From contig NW_024704742.1 of assembly GCF_018977255.1 (NCBI RefSeq), positions 69,442,001 to 69,506,000 on the forward strand: a stretch of DNA of 64,000 nt. Direction: 5' to 3'. Of this stretch, positions 12,201 through 24,200 are shown piece by piece. Within the stretch, counting starts at the first letter, position 1. Each line of letters opens with the position of its first letter. The DNA is from Callorhinchus milii (taxonomy: Eukaryota). The position numbers were made by a program, and so were the translations under genes. The notes below the pieces were generated by a model. It was given only the letters and a program-made list of their open reading frames with translations. It was not told where the DNA came from and did not search any database.

Positions 12201-15200
12201 AAAGTGATCGAAAAAATGTAGTTAGGACTTCACCATCCATCAGTTGCTCTCTTTACATTAGAGACTCCTTCCACCCTCCTCCTTCCCCCCCCCCCCCCAG
12301 TTCAAAGGATTCTCCAACATGCAGCTTCTGCATCTTAATAGAACAAGCTGGTCTGAAAAGACTGGCCGTAGGTTCATGTCCCATCTGTCGCTGGCTCACC
12401 CACTTAGACTACGGTATGAGGAGGCGACACATTGAATGGGGAGAGCCTGCCTCTTCTGCTCGGGCAGCCCCATTGTCCGGCCCTTTGTGTCGCCACACTT
12501 GTGCCTTCCTGATTATCGCATTGATTTTAAATGCTGTCAGCTATAGGGGGCCGCCTGGTGCTACCGAGACATACGGCATCTGGGAACTAATCTCCCACTC
12601 AGACAAAGGGACTTATTTACATACAGGTGGTTAGCAGAGAGGCTGGAAGCCATCACTATGGTGATGTAGCAATCTTAACCTGTTTTTATTAGGTGGGGTG
12701 TTAGCAACATCTATTTTTAATATTTTCTATCTTTCTTCATCTTTTCCTCCACTCACCCCCCCCCCCCCCCCACACACACACACACACACACACACACAAC
12801 CAATTGCTCTGTTCAGGGCTTGTTCTCAATAGAGGTGCTACCCTCTGGGTCAGATTTCAGGAGAATCGTCCTTTTCTTCAAGTAGTGTTGTGGGATCTTC
12901 AGAATATCCCCCGAAACAAGCATTTTGATAATTTGGATGACGGTGTTAGGGAGTTGTGATTCTCCGGTATCCTGGGCAACAATCCACCACCCTAATAAAA
13001 TTGGTTATCCACATGTCTTTCTGTGGGGACTTTGCTGTGTACAAAATGACTTGAGACATCTCAGCACCATGATTAGGTGCTATAATCAAATGCAAGGATT
13101 ATTATTTGTCAGTCAGTGAGTAGCTGAGAAACAAGAAGGGTTAAACCTCATATGTGAATTGCGGACACAGTGCTAGAGAGTGACGCGTGCTTATGGTGCC
13201 ATGACCCGGCAACATGTCTTCAGTAAAGTTGAGGAGACTGTGTGGGGCGAGGAATCCCAGCTCTGGATTTATTCACGCAGCCTGCAGCCATTCTTTGCAG
13301 GATTTCTTTCAGGTTTCAAGAGCTGTCGTTGGGGCAGATGTGTTTTTTTTCATTCCAAACAATTAATAGTGCAAAGGCTCACCATGCTTTATGTCCCTGG
13401 TTAATGTGAACGTGATCAGTCACTGAAGTGACATTGAGAGTCTTTTCACAGCCTTTTGAAGGTGTAAGTTTATAAATTTGCAATGGAGGCTTTTGTTTCC
13501 CTGATGGATTTGTGGCTGTTGTGGTGATTTTAAAATCCCTATAAACCTACATTGACATTGTCTTCGGTTATCTTCCTTCCAACTATTTTTTCCTTAACCC
13601 CTCCCTTCCCTCTCCTTGCTCTGACTCCCACTCCATCTCTAAAGTGTTTGAGGTGTTGGTGTGTGCAACTTGTTGTTTTTAAACCAGTTCTGGGTCTAAA
13701 CTTCCAAGTTGTGAAGCCACTTGTATGAGTACTGCAGTTAAAAGAGCTTTTTTCAATCCATGCCAGACTGTCCAAAAAGATACCCATTGCAGACATTTTA
13801 TTACAAGTGTTACCCTTTGTCTTTACAGGTTTGAAAAAGCAATATTGGAATCTGGAAAAGTGGTTTCCAAGTAAGTAAATTTGTTTTATGAATAATCTCC
13901 TCACTGTATGAGTTAACGGTATTCTTACTAGCATAGTTTAGTCCGTGGTTTAAAGATCAGATTGTGTATTCCAGCTTAAGAACTAACCAGACTGCACCCA
14001 AGTCTGAGCTGCAGCATTTTATCCGGTAAAGGTCACGGGTTAACCTATTCAGCAAGTGCAAAGTCTTTGTTTGACCTCTGCGGTTTGCTTAGTTATTGAC
14101 CTATTTTTGGGATGCCTTTAATCTCTTGCCTCTGAGAGTAATGAGATGCAGAATTGAGTGCTCTCCTGACCACTGAGACGCATTTAAAAAAAAAGAATAA
14201 AATTAAATAAAATACACTTTAGAAAACTTGCAGGTTATTTAAGAAGCACACATTGCTCTTAACTGGCTAATGGCAACGTATCGGAACCAAGTGAGTTTTT
14301 TTATATACAAAGCAGATGCAAATGACAAACTACTGTGCTGGAAATGCACAATGTCTTTTCGGTGATTATTTTCGAGAAAGCTTAGTCAATGACTTTAGTT
14401 TAACCCTTTACCCGAACAAATGACGTAACATTCTCTTTCAGGTGCAGTGTTTAGTGCTTCTATAAATGGAATCTTGTTGTTGTTGGTTCATTTTTAGGAG
14501 TCCAGGCTATTTATGGATAACTGCAATCTGGTTATTCCAGTGATGTTCCAGCTACAGTGCAGTCCTGTAGTTCAGTGGGTAGAGCACTCGCCTCAAGCGA
14601 GAGACCTGGGTTCAGTTCCTGGCAGGGCAAAATGTTGGGCAAGTTTCCTTACTCCACAAGCCTCTGTTTACCTTGCAGTAAGTAGGGACCTGGTTGTTAG
14701 TCGATTGGTGGATCGCGTTTCCAGGGTAATAATTTCTTCAAAAATAATAAATTGGTCACTTCTATGCACGACTGTTTGGGACACTGCTGTGCACAATTAT
14801 CTGCTGCTTTTCGCCCACAAAATATACAGTCAATTCATTTTACAGTATATTCTGTGAAGCGCTTTGAGACGTCCCAACGACAAAAGGCGCTGTATCAAAT
14901 GTAAGTATTATTATTGTAGTCTAAAGACTCCAAAAAGGTAGCAACAGCATTGGCACTGAATCTCTGCAGCAGCTACAGGTGTCTCATTCTTAACATGGAG
15001 ACCAGATCTTCAATGGTTGGCTCCTGCCTTCAGTATCTTGTCTTTTTCTTGGTTATTGTGCTAAATACAAATTGTGAATCTGATGCTGTTCACAACTTTC
15101 TTTATTATAGTGGTCTTATTGGACATTTTTTAAAATGCTTCAACCCCCAAAAATTACCTTCTTTTGTAATTGTACTTTACTCTCTTAATCTCCTCCTGTT

Positions 15201-18200
15201 TTCCTTTTTTTAGGAAGTTTCCAATCCGAAGAATAAATTCACTTCCGGTAAGCCACCACTTACAGTTGTGTGTGAGTTGGGAAAAATTGGCATTGTGGTA
15301 TATTGAAACTTGTCGAGACATTTCAGGCATATTAGTGAGTGTGAAAATGTGTTTTCTGCAATGAGACCATGTGAATTTTTTGAGGGAATGTAACACTTGC
15401 ATCCTGCCATGAGCTTGAAACCTCAGCTAGCTTAACGCTGAATTCAAAGGGGAGTTGAGACAGCAAGCCTGGTTGCACTTTATGTAGAATGGAAGTGCCT
15501 TTGTTTTTTTTTAAATCCTCCTGAAAATGGCTACTTGTATTGATTTTGCAGACCACAGCTATTTCCTTGTATCATTTCTTGAGTATATTTACTTGGAGCC
15601 TGGAGAGTTAATGGGACAGGAGGGCAGCAGCTGTTGTCTTTGCCTGATGTACACTTTCCAATGTTGGAAAGATAGTGAGTGGGAGCCAGGTAGTCAATCC
15701 GCCTTTTTCTTTCCTCCACAACTTCCCAGCGAGAGGGAACCGTGAGTCCAGTGGTGGATTGGGGAGCGGAAGGTCCAACTTGCTGACCAACTAATTCAGC
15801 AGTGATGGGAGAAAGTGTATGGGGCTTTTCAAATACACCATTGTTCACTGTGCACAGATCCACAAATATGTACTTGGCACTTAATGCAACAACTTGCATT
15901 CAGTGCCCTTCACACGCCTTAGCATCTTGGAAAGCTGAGCAACAGTTTAGTTTATAATATAATACAGTTTACCTTCTGATGTGCAGTGCCTTTCACATCA
16001 GTAGGATGTCCCAGAGCACTTACAACTTACACTCTACTCTCCAAGCTCCAGATTGTCATCTGCAGTCTGAAATTACAAGAAGCTCTTTTTTAAAAAAAAA
16101 TCGAAACTGAGATTGAAAATTCCATAATTCCTCATGTTTTTAAACTTCAAGACAATGTCCTTCTGAGCAAAGACGCAGGAATTTCAGGCCTCTGAACTTA
16201 TAAATGAGCGTTTGTCAATTTTATGTCTTAAAACATCATCTGAATTGTGTTTTCTAGCTGAGGCTCTTGGGATCGAGCCCTGCGCTGAAGATGAGCCAGT
16301 GTGATGCCTCTGATTCCGAAGTGTTCCTGCAGGACAACGGTGGTCTCACTCCTGAGGCAAATAAAGAAAATGTAAGTGTTATTTTTCCTTTCCCTTAATT
16401 TTAGCCTTAGCCCCTTGAACTAGGAGTGCCAACCTCTCATGATCTTGTGAAACTAGTCAAATGGTACACATCACTTCTTTACAGAAATCCTGCTTTCAAT
16501 CTTAATTAAGGCATGTCATCTGAATGTTGTACATCCATTACCGGAGGGTCAAGAGTGCAGGTATTAACAGAGGAAGTGTTGCTTTTCTGTTTACCCTTGG
16601 TCTCCTAATGTGTTATCCCAAAGAGTAGATTTGCTGGGTGACTGGACCAAGGAATATTTTTGGGAAGGTGTTGCTCACAGAGTTTAGGTCTGTGTCACAG
16701 CCTTCCAAACTTTTAAGAGTTCAGGCAGCAAATAACGGTGACATTTTTAAACTATTGTGGCGGGTGTGTGCGCGTATGTTGCGAGTGTGTGCATGTGGCG
16801 AGGGTTATCAATCGCAGCTCAGCCTTGTCCTAGGTCTACATGTGTAATCTTTCCCTATTACTCAGCAGGCTGTGGCCTGCTCCACCATCAGCGGTTGGGT
16901 CTTCAGCCTTTCTGCCTCCACCCTCTGGAACTCCATCCCATATCCCCCTTGCCTCACTCTCTTATCTTGCCTACTTCAAGGCATGTCTGAAGATCCTCCT
17001 CTTCGACTTGGGTCTTCGGCCACCCTCCTTACCCTCCACCCTCCCTGATCCTGTACCCCCAGCTCATCAAGCACCTCCCAATGTGAAATGGGCTATACAA
17101 ATGTAATTTTGTATTCTAAGGAGTCGTAGGGTAGTGATCAAACGGTGCAGTTAACTGAAGTGAAAAGTTTTTAAAAATTGTTCTTGTTTCAAGCTGAACA
17201 GGAAGTTCGATGATCAAGTTTCTTGAAATATTGGGACTGCCTGTTGCTTTTGTTTTGTAAACATAAACCTGTATCAGAGCTGATTTGTATCTCCTCTTTT
17301 ACAGGAAGGTTTTCAGTTCAAGAAGCCAGTTCGGCCAATCTCAAGACATCGTCTGTGTACCTTCTATGGTGTGGAGAGATCTGATCACAGATCAAATTCT
17401 GCACCAGAGTTGATGGCAAGTTGCTTAAAGTCTCTCACATCCTTTCACTGAATGAACAATTCCAAATTGAAGTGTCAGCCTGGCTCAGCTGCTAGCTAAC
17501 TCTCACCACCGATTCCAAAGATTGTGGGCATACGAAGGGACTCAACTCATTGTGCAGGCTGACAATCCAATGCAATGCTGAGGGGAGAGCTGTATTATTA
17601 GGGATGCTATTTTGTGAATCAGACATGAATCAGAGTTCCTGCATGCCTGTTCATGCAGATGTTGTGCCGTTCCTTGACTTAGGAACAAGAGGAAGCCATT
17701 CAGCTTTTCGAGCCTGCTCTGCCATTTAATTAGGTCATAGCTGATCTGTACCCAGCTAATCCTTTCAATTCCAATTTCCATCTTTCTCCCCATATCTCTT
17801 AATACTCTAACCTACCAAAAATCTATCAACCTCACTCTTGAAGGTGTGGATGGATCCAGCATCCACACCCTTTTGGGAGAGAATTCCAGATTTCTACCAC
17901 CCTTTGAGTGGAAAAAATGCTTCCCGATTTCACTCTTAAATGGCCTTCACCCTCTCCGATCCCAACCCACAGCTCGGGTGCAAACCCCTCATTATCCAGG
18001 GCCTTAGGGCGTCCAAGGAGGATGACCTGACATGAAAGGCACTATATCAATTCAATTTGTTATTTGTTGTTGTAAAGCCCATAGCACGGTTTGAAAAGAA
18101 GGGAGTTTTGCCCTGGTATACTGACCAAAAATCCCCCAGATAAAATTGGTATTAATGACTGTTTTAGAGATTGCTGCCGATTGTATTGCCCACAAATCCA

Positions 18201-21200
18201 GGCATAAACATTTAAAGGAAATCAGTAAAGTTTTGCTTTTAATTCCCAGTTTTCACCGTGTTTGGACAAAGGTCCCACTGATTCTGATAGCCCTGTCCTG
18301 CGCCGCTCCTCACTGACCTCTTCCATCAATGACGACGATGATGATGGATTCCTGGAGCTGCTTGATGAGGATATTGAGGTAAGATATTCTCCAACAGACC
18401 TTCCTTTAATGTGGTTTGGACTGTGATGGAGACGGTTTTCTCACTGGAAGAAACTAATGCTGTTTACAAACAAATCATTAGTCAGTTCTCATTGGGGTGA
18501 CTTGCACTACGCTCTTTGGATTCTTTCTCTGTGCAACTTTTTACACATCTCAAGTGCTTTACAGTAAACACTGAACAGTGACTTGCATTTGTATGCAGTC
18601 ACAAAAGCCATTTTGTTAACAGCAAAACTACAGATGAGACGTGAAACTGAGGCCCTGTTTGTTTCAGATGGACATGAAAGATCCTACAGCACAATTTGTC
18701 CAAGAGATGAATGGCAGTTAATCTGACCGACTGCCAGCTAATGTACTGGGAGAAGCTACTTTCTAAACTAAATTTATTGTCTTTGACAGAACCGTACTGA
18801 CTTGCCGTCTGGGATGGAAAGCTTGCTGACTGCTCCCCTCGTGACTAAAAAGTTCCCTGTGAAGGATGCATCAGCTGATAAGGTGAATATTGCGTTTTTA
18901 GCTATAAATTGAAACCTAATTGCACACTTTATTATCTTGTACAGAAACATTGGCTTGGAGTGAACTTTCTGGGTGTACAATCTTTGGTGGTCCATTGTAG
19001 GAAGGATGTACAAGCAATGAGGGTTGAGGATTTTGTGAGGGGCTGGAAACATTGTTTTTCTGCTGCAATTAAAAGCTATGTTTGAGTATTTTCTGATAAA
19101 GCTCTTCCCAACAATTTGTATGGCACCTTTTGTTCAAATAAACTTTCAAGAGCTGCAAGCATGAGGGGGAAATGGTTTGGTAGGAAATGATCAGTCATAG
19201 ATTTTTACAAGGCTCTTGAAAGAACAGGTTTTGGAGATTTACTTTGAGCTGAAAGTGTGAAAGCTCGGCTGCCGATGGCTGGGGGCAGTGGATCAGTTTG
19301 TTTGAAGATTATGAAGGCTTACACTAGGGTACACCAGCATCTTGTGTTTATATAGCGCCCTTCATGCAGTGCTGCACTATGGTGGGGTTGGACACTAAGC
19401 AAGGGTAGGGGGAGAGATGACCATAGGTACAATTGAAGAGGTTTTGATGTGGGATTAGGATAGAGGTTCCGAGGCGGGGAATTCGAGTAAATGGTAATGG
19501 ATTACATGCGTGGTCCATAGTGAGAGGGCACACATTTTAAAATCAGAAAATGTCTTACACAGAGGGTGGTTGGAATGTGGAATTCTCTGTTCTTGATGAA
19601 ACAGTCTGATTTTCATTAAAAGCAGAATTGGATAGATGTTTGGAAAGAGGAATATTAAAGTGATGTGTGAGGTTAGATGGGTGGTTTATGTGGAGAAGTC
19701 TGTTTTTTGTGGTGGTTAACGTTTTATGAAACCTGCATTTTAAGGGTTCTCCCAATAAACTACCGTGTGGGCTGTTCCGGTCGCCTTCCTTGCCATGCTA
19801 TGACATGAAGCCTATCCTGAAGCGGGTGGACAGGCCACAGGATGAGGAAACGCCAGTGAAGAATAAGCGGAGGAGAAGTCTGGCTGGAGCTGTGGTGGAA
19901 GAGAAGCCGGACGATGAGAAACCAGTGAGTGTACTACAGCAACAAATAATGATGATTTGGTCACTCAATCCATGACTGCTGTGCATAATTGGCTGCTGTG
20001 TTTCTCCCACAAAATATATAGTCAATTCATTTTTCTATCTATTCTGTGAAGCACTTTGAGTTTCAACAATTTGATATCAAATACAAGGATTATTCATACG
20101 TCAGGCACTGCAGTGCTACTTTGGGCTGGATCCAGTAATGGTTTAAGGCACCTAATTGACATTTAATTGCTTAAGTGGGATCAGCATACAACTGAAGCTT
20201 TTTAAATGAGAAATTAAAGCTATTCATCTCAAGCCACTTTACCAAAAAGTACAAGTTTAAAGGTCCAAAACATCAGAGTGGAGACCTAAATAGAGGTCAT
20301 AATAATGTCACTATTTGAAAAGATAATGGAGTTTCTCTCTCCCGGTGTCCTGGCCAACAATCCCCCAAAATAGAGTTGGTCACTCATTCCATGGCTGCTG
20401 TGTGCAATAGGCTGCCACGTTTTGCTCATAAAATACAGTTCATTCACTTTACAGTATATTCTGTCTACTGTGTGATAAGTTGCTATATCAAATACAAGTA
20501 TTATTATAAACTTTGTGGAGTTTAATTTATTATTTGCAAACCAGACTTGCAGTGTTGTTACTGTAGGATATTGATTGTGAGATTAGCAGCCGGCAAATTG
20601 TGAATTTCCAGACAGTGAGCGAGTCTGATCTTCCTCATCTTTGATTGTCCATTGGTCGAACTGGCGTTATATTAACAGTGGCGTGGGAAAACTCCGCTGA
20701 CCCATGTGAGATGTAATTCATTGTGACGTCCCTTTGATTTTTCTCCATGGCTATACTGTTTGTACTTTGAGGTGCCAAACCAAAGGAAAACAAACTGTTT
20801 TCAAATGTCAAAGAAGCCCTTGTATTGATTATGCACAGGTGTATTTGACAAGAAATTGGTCACTCAATCCACAACCGTTTGTGGGACACTGCTGTGCGCA
20901 ATTGGTTGCCATGTTTCGCTCATAATACAGTCAGTTCACTTTACAGTATATTCTGTGGAGTGCTTTGAGACGTCTCAACAACCTAATGAGACGCTATATC
21001 AAATACAAGGATTATTATTTCTGAAATTGTCAAAGCTCTCCATGCTAATGTTTCTCTCCGTTGACTGTGCAGAAGCAACGCTCTTTTATGAGGTCCAAGT
21101 CTTTCTGTGATACGACGATTGAGAAGGTGATGGAAATTGGTGACTGCAGGCACTTGATTGGCGATTTCACAAAGGTAAGTCCTGAATCGGAGGATAAGTC

Positions 21201-24200
21201 TGTGTTGATACAGACCTATTCTTGAGCAGCCCCAGTTTATGTATAGAATTTACTGTTTGGATTCTTCAAGCACTGTGTTTTTGATAAATTACTAACTGAA
21301 TTCCTGAGAATTAGCTCCTGATTTAGAGGATCACAAAGCAAGTTGCTACCCTATACCTTAGTCTCCTTTCTCCGCCACCCGCCCCTTTTCCAAAAAATGT
21401 CTGTACCAAAACCTTACTATCTTACTTGAAAATGCCATGACTTGTGCTGGAACCTGGTTCTGCCTCAACAACAATTTGCATTTAAAAATAAATATATTTA
21501 TGTTGCATTTAAATATATATATTTATATTGCATATATAATATTATCAGTGTTGGCTGAATGAATTGCCGTTCACAGGTGTCAATGGAACAAATGGCTGTT
21601 TACCTTTCCTACAAATGCACAGTGCCTGGAATTATCAGCCTCACTCCCACGCCACAGCTCTGCTTCACCACGTCTTGTGATTCTCCATTGTGCAAGACAC
21701 GTTGAGCATGTTTCAACCCCCAAATATACTGTCAATTCACTTTACAGTATATTCTGTGACTTACTTTGAGACATCTCAATGACGTTACAAGGCACGATAT
21801 CAAATGCAAGGATTATTATCAATCCTTAAATTGTATGAAATCTGGCTCCTTATATCAGAACCACTGTGGTAATAAAAATCTGGTATCTTGAACTTTCTTG
21901 CAGTCCTATATATTGCCCACTGTAGAAGGAAGACATCAAGACTTAAGATACATAACTCCAGAGATGGTAAGTGTTCACAAAGGGCTTTTTAAACTGGGTA
22001 TTGTAGCAATTTCTGTTTCCTACTCTAAATGTGCTGGGTCATCTGCTTGGGGACATTCAACTGAACATTAGAAGTTAGAGATTAGCTTTAGAAATTTGCC
22101 TTTTTGAGTTGGTTGCCAATTTTTATATCTCTGGAGTCCTATAGTGTATTAGTTAGAGCACTCATCTCGCAAGCAAGAGGACCCGGGTTTGATTCCCAGC
22201 AGGGTGAAATCTTGGGCAAATTTCCTTACTCCACACACCTTTGTTTACCTAGCAGTAAGTAGGAAACCGGTTGTTAGTTAATTGGTGGATTGTTTTTCTG
22301 GTGGTAATAATACCTTCTAAATAAATAATGATAATTTGGTCACTCAATCATATGTGCGACACTGCTCTCCATAGCTGGCTGCTGTGTTTCGCCTGCTTGT
22401 GATGAGCAGCACAAAGCAATGATTTCAGTGCTGACCTGAAGACCACATGAGTTATAATTGGGTGGTCTTAGATTTAACACCTGTCCAACTAACCTGTCTC
22501 ATTTCAGATGGCGCAGTTAGTGACTGGAAAATTCAGTGGATTTATTGAACGGTTCATGCTGATCGACTGCCGGTATCCATATGAATATGACGGGGGTCAC
22601 ATTAAAGTAAGCGGTTTGTTGTTAGGATCATCTTATGTGGTGACCTTTACTTTGCTAAAATAATCTAATCATTTACTAGATGAAGGTTTTGTTTCTTTTT
22701 CCTGTTCGGCAGTGGCTCTGCTGTTCAGTGTTTTTAACTGAACTGTATTAGAGAACCTGGATTGTGGGATTAAATGCTGTCTTGTACTCTGTTGTCGGTA
22801 TAAAATCTTATTGAAAACTTATAAGATTGCACACATTTATTTCTGGCATTAACTGCAGTTACCCTCCTTGATGGGGAAGAGCGGGAGATTGCGCACTCCA
22901 TACCAGACCAAATGGAAACCATACAGTTGGTTTTTCAGACCGCAGCATGGTGATGGGTTCCAGTGTCCAACATTCTGCTGACCAAACATACCAATGGTTC
23001 AGTCTAAGTTTTCTTTGTATGACCTGTGGTATATATCGAATCTGGCTTTGGGCAATAAATCATTCAAGTTATAGACATTAATACTAATAATTATTCATGT
23101 TGTAGTATTCTCTGCCAAACTATTGAAGCAGTTAATATGAAGAGAAATATTAGGACTGAATAGTGTGGTAGTAAAATTAGGTAGATGGCTTGGCAAGTTT
23201 CCTGTACCGACGGTCTGATTAACCAGTCTTGCTGAGTTGGTCATCAGGCTCTGTCACGGTTAAGTGCTCTGAGACACTGCCCTTTGAGAAGGGCGCTATA
23301 TAAATGCAAGTTGTTGTTGGTGTTTCCTGCTCAGTCTTGGTGTGGTCTGACCTGTGAATGTCTGCTTGGGATGCGCGGGATCTGACCTGTGCATTTTCCC
23401 TCAGGATGCTCTAAACTTGCACATGGAGGAGGAGCTGGAGAACTACCTGCTGAAGACCCCCATTGTGCCTTTGGACCAAAGCAAAAGAGTGATCGTTATC
23501 TTCCATTGTGAATTTTCATCTGAAAGAGGCCCAAGAATGTAAGTGATTCTTGTGCATCGAGTGCTGTGCAGTATGTCTGCTCTTAAGTCAGGATCAAGGA
23601 AACAATTTCCAGAATTCTCACATGGTCACTTGTGAATCCCCATGTTTTCGTGTTTCACCCACAAAATGAGGAGTCCTATAGCTCAGTGGTTAGAGCACTC
23701 AACTCGCAAGCGAGAGACCTGGGTTCAATTCCCGACAGGATGAAACGTTGGGCAAGCTTCCTTACTCCACACACCTAGCAGTAGGAACCTGGTTGTTAGT
23801 CAACTGGTGGATCGCTTTTCCTGGGATAATAATTCCTTCAAAGAAAATAATAAATTAGTCACTCAATCCAGGGCTGTTTGTGGGACACTGCTGTGCGCAA
23901 TTGGCTACTGCGTTTCACCCACAAAATATACAGTCAATTCATTTGATAATATATTCTGTGAAGCACTTTGAGATGTCTCGAAGATGTGACAAGGCGCTAT
24001 GTCAAATGCAAGGATTATTATTTAAAATATACACTCAGTTTGCTTTACAGCATATTTTGTGAAACACTTTGAGACGTCTCAACAATGTGATAAGGCATAT
24101 CAAACAAGTATTATCTACATGCTCCCTCTTGGCAACATCATCCACAGACACTGAGTTAACTATCACATGTGTTTGCACAAATCTACTCTACATCTACCCT

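Noticed and set aside
12535..12565. CTCF-like site (ctatagggggccgcctggtg)
   Set aside because: Only a partial match to the motif on either strand; not supportable by eye.
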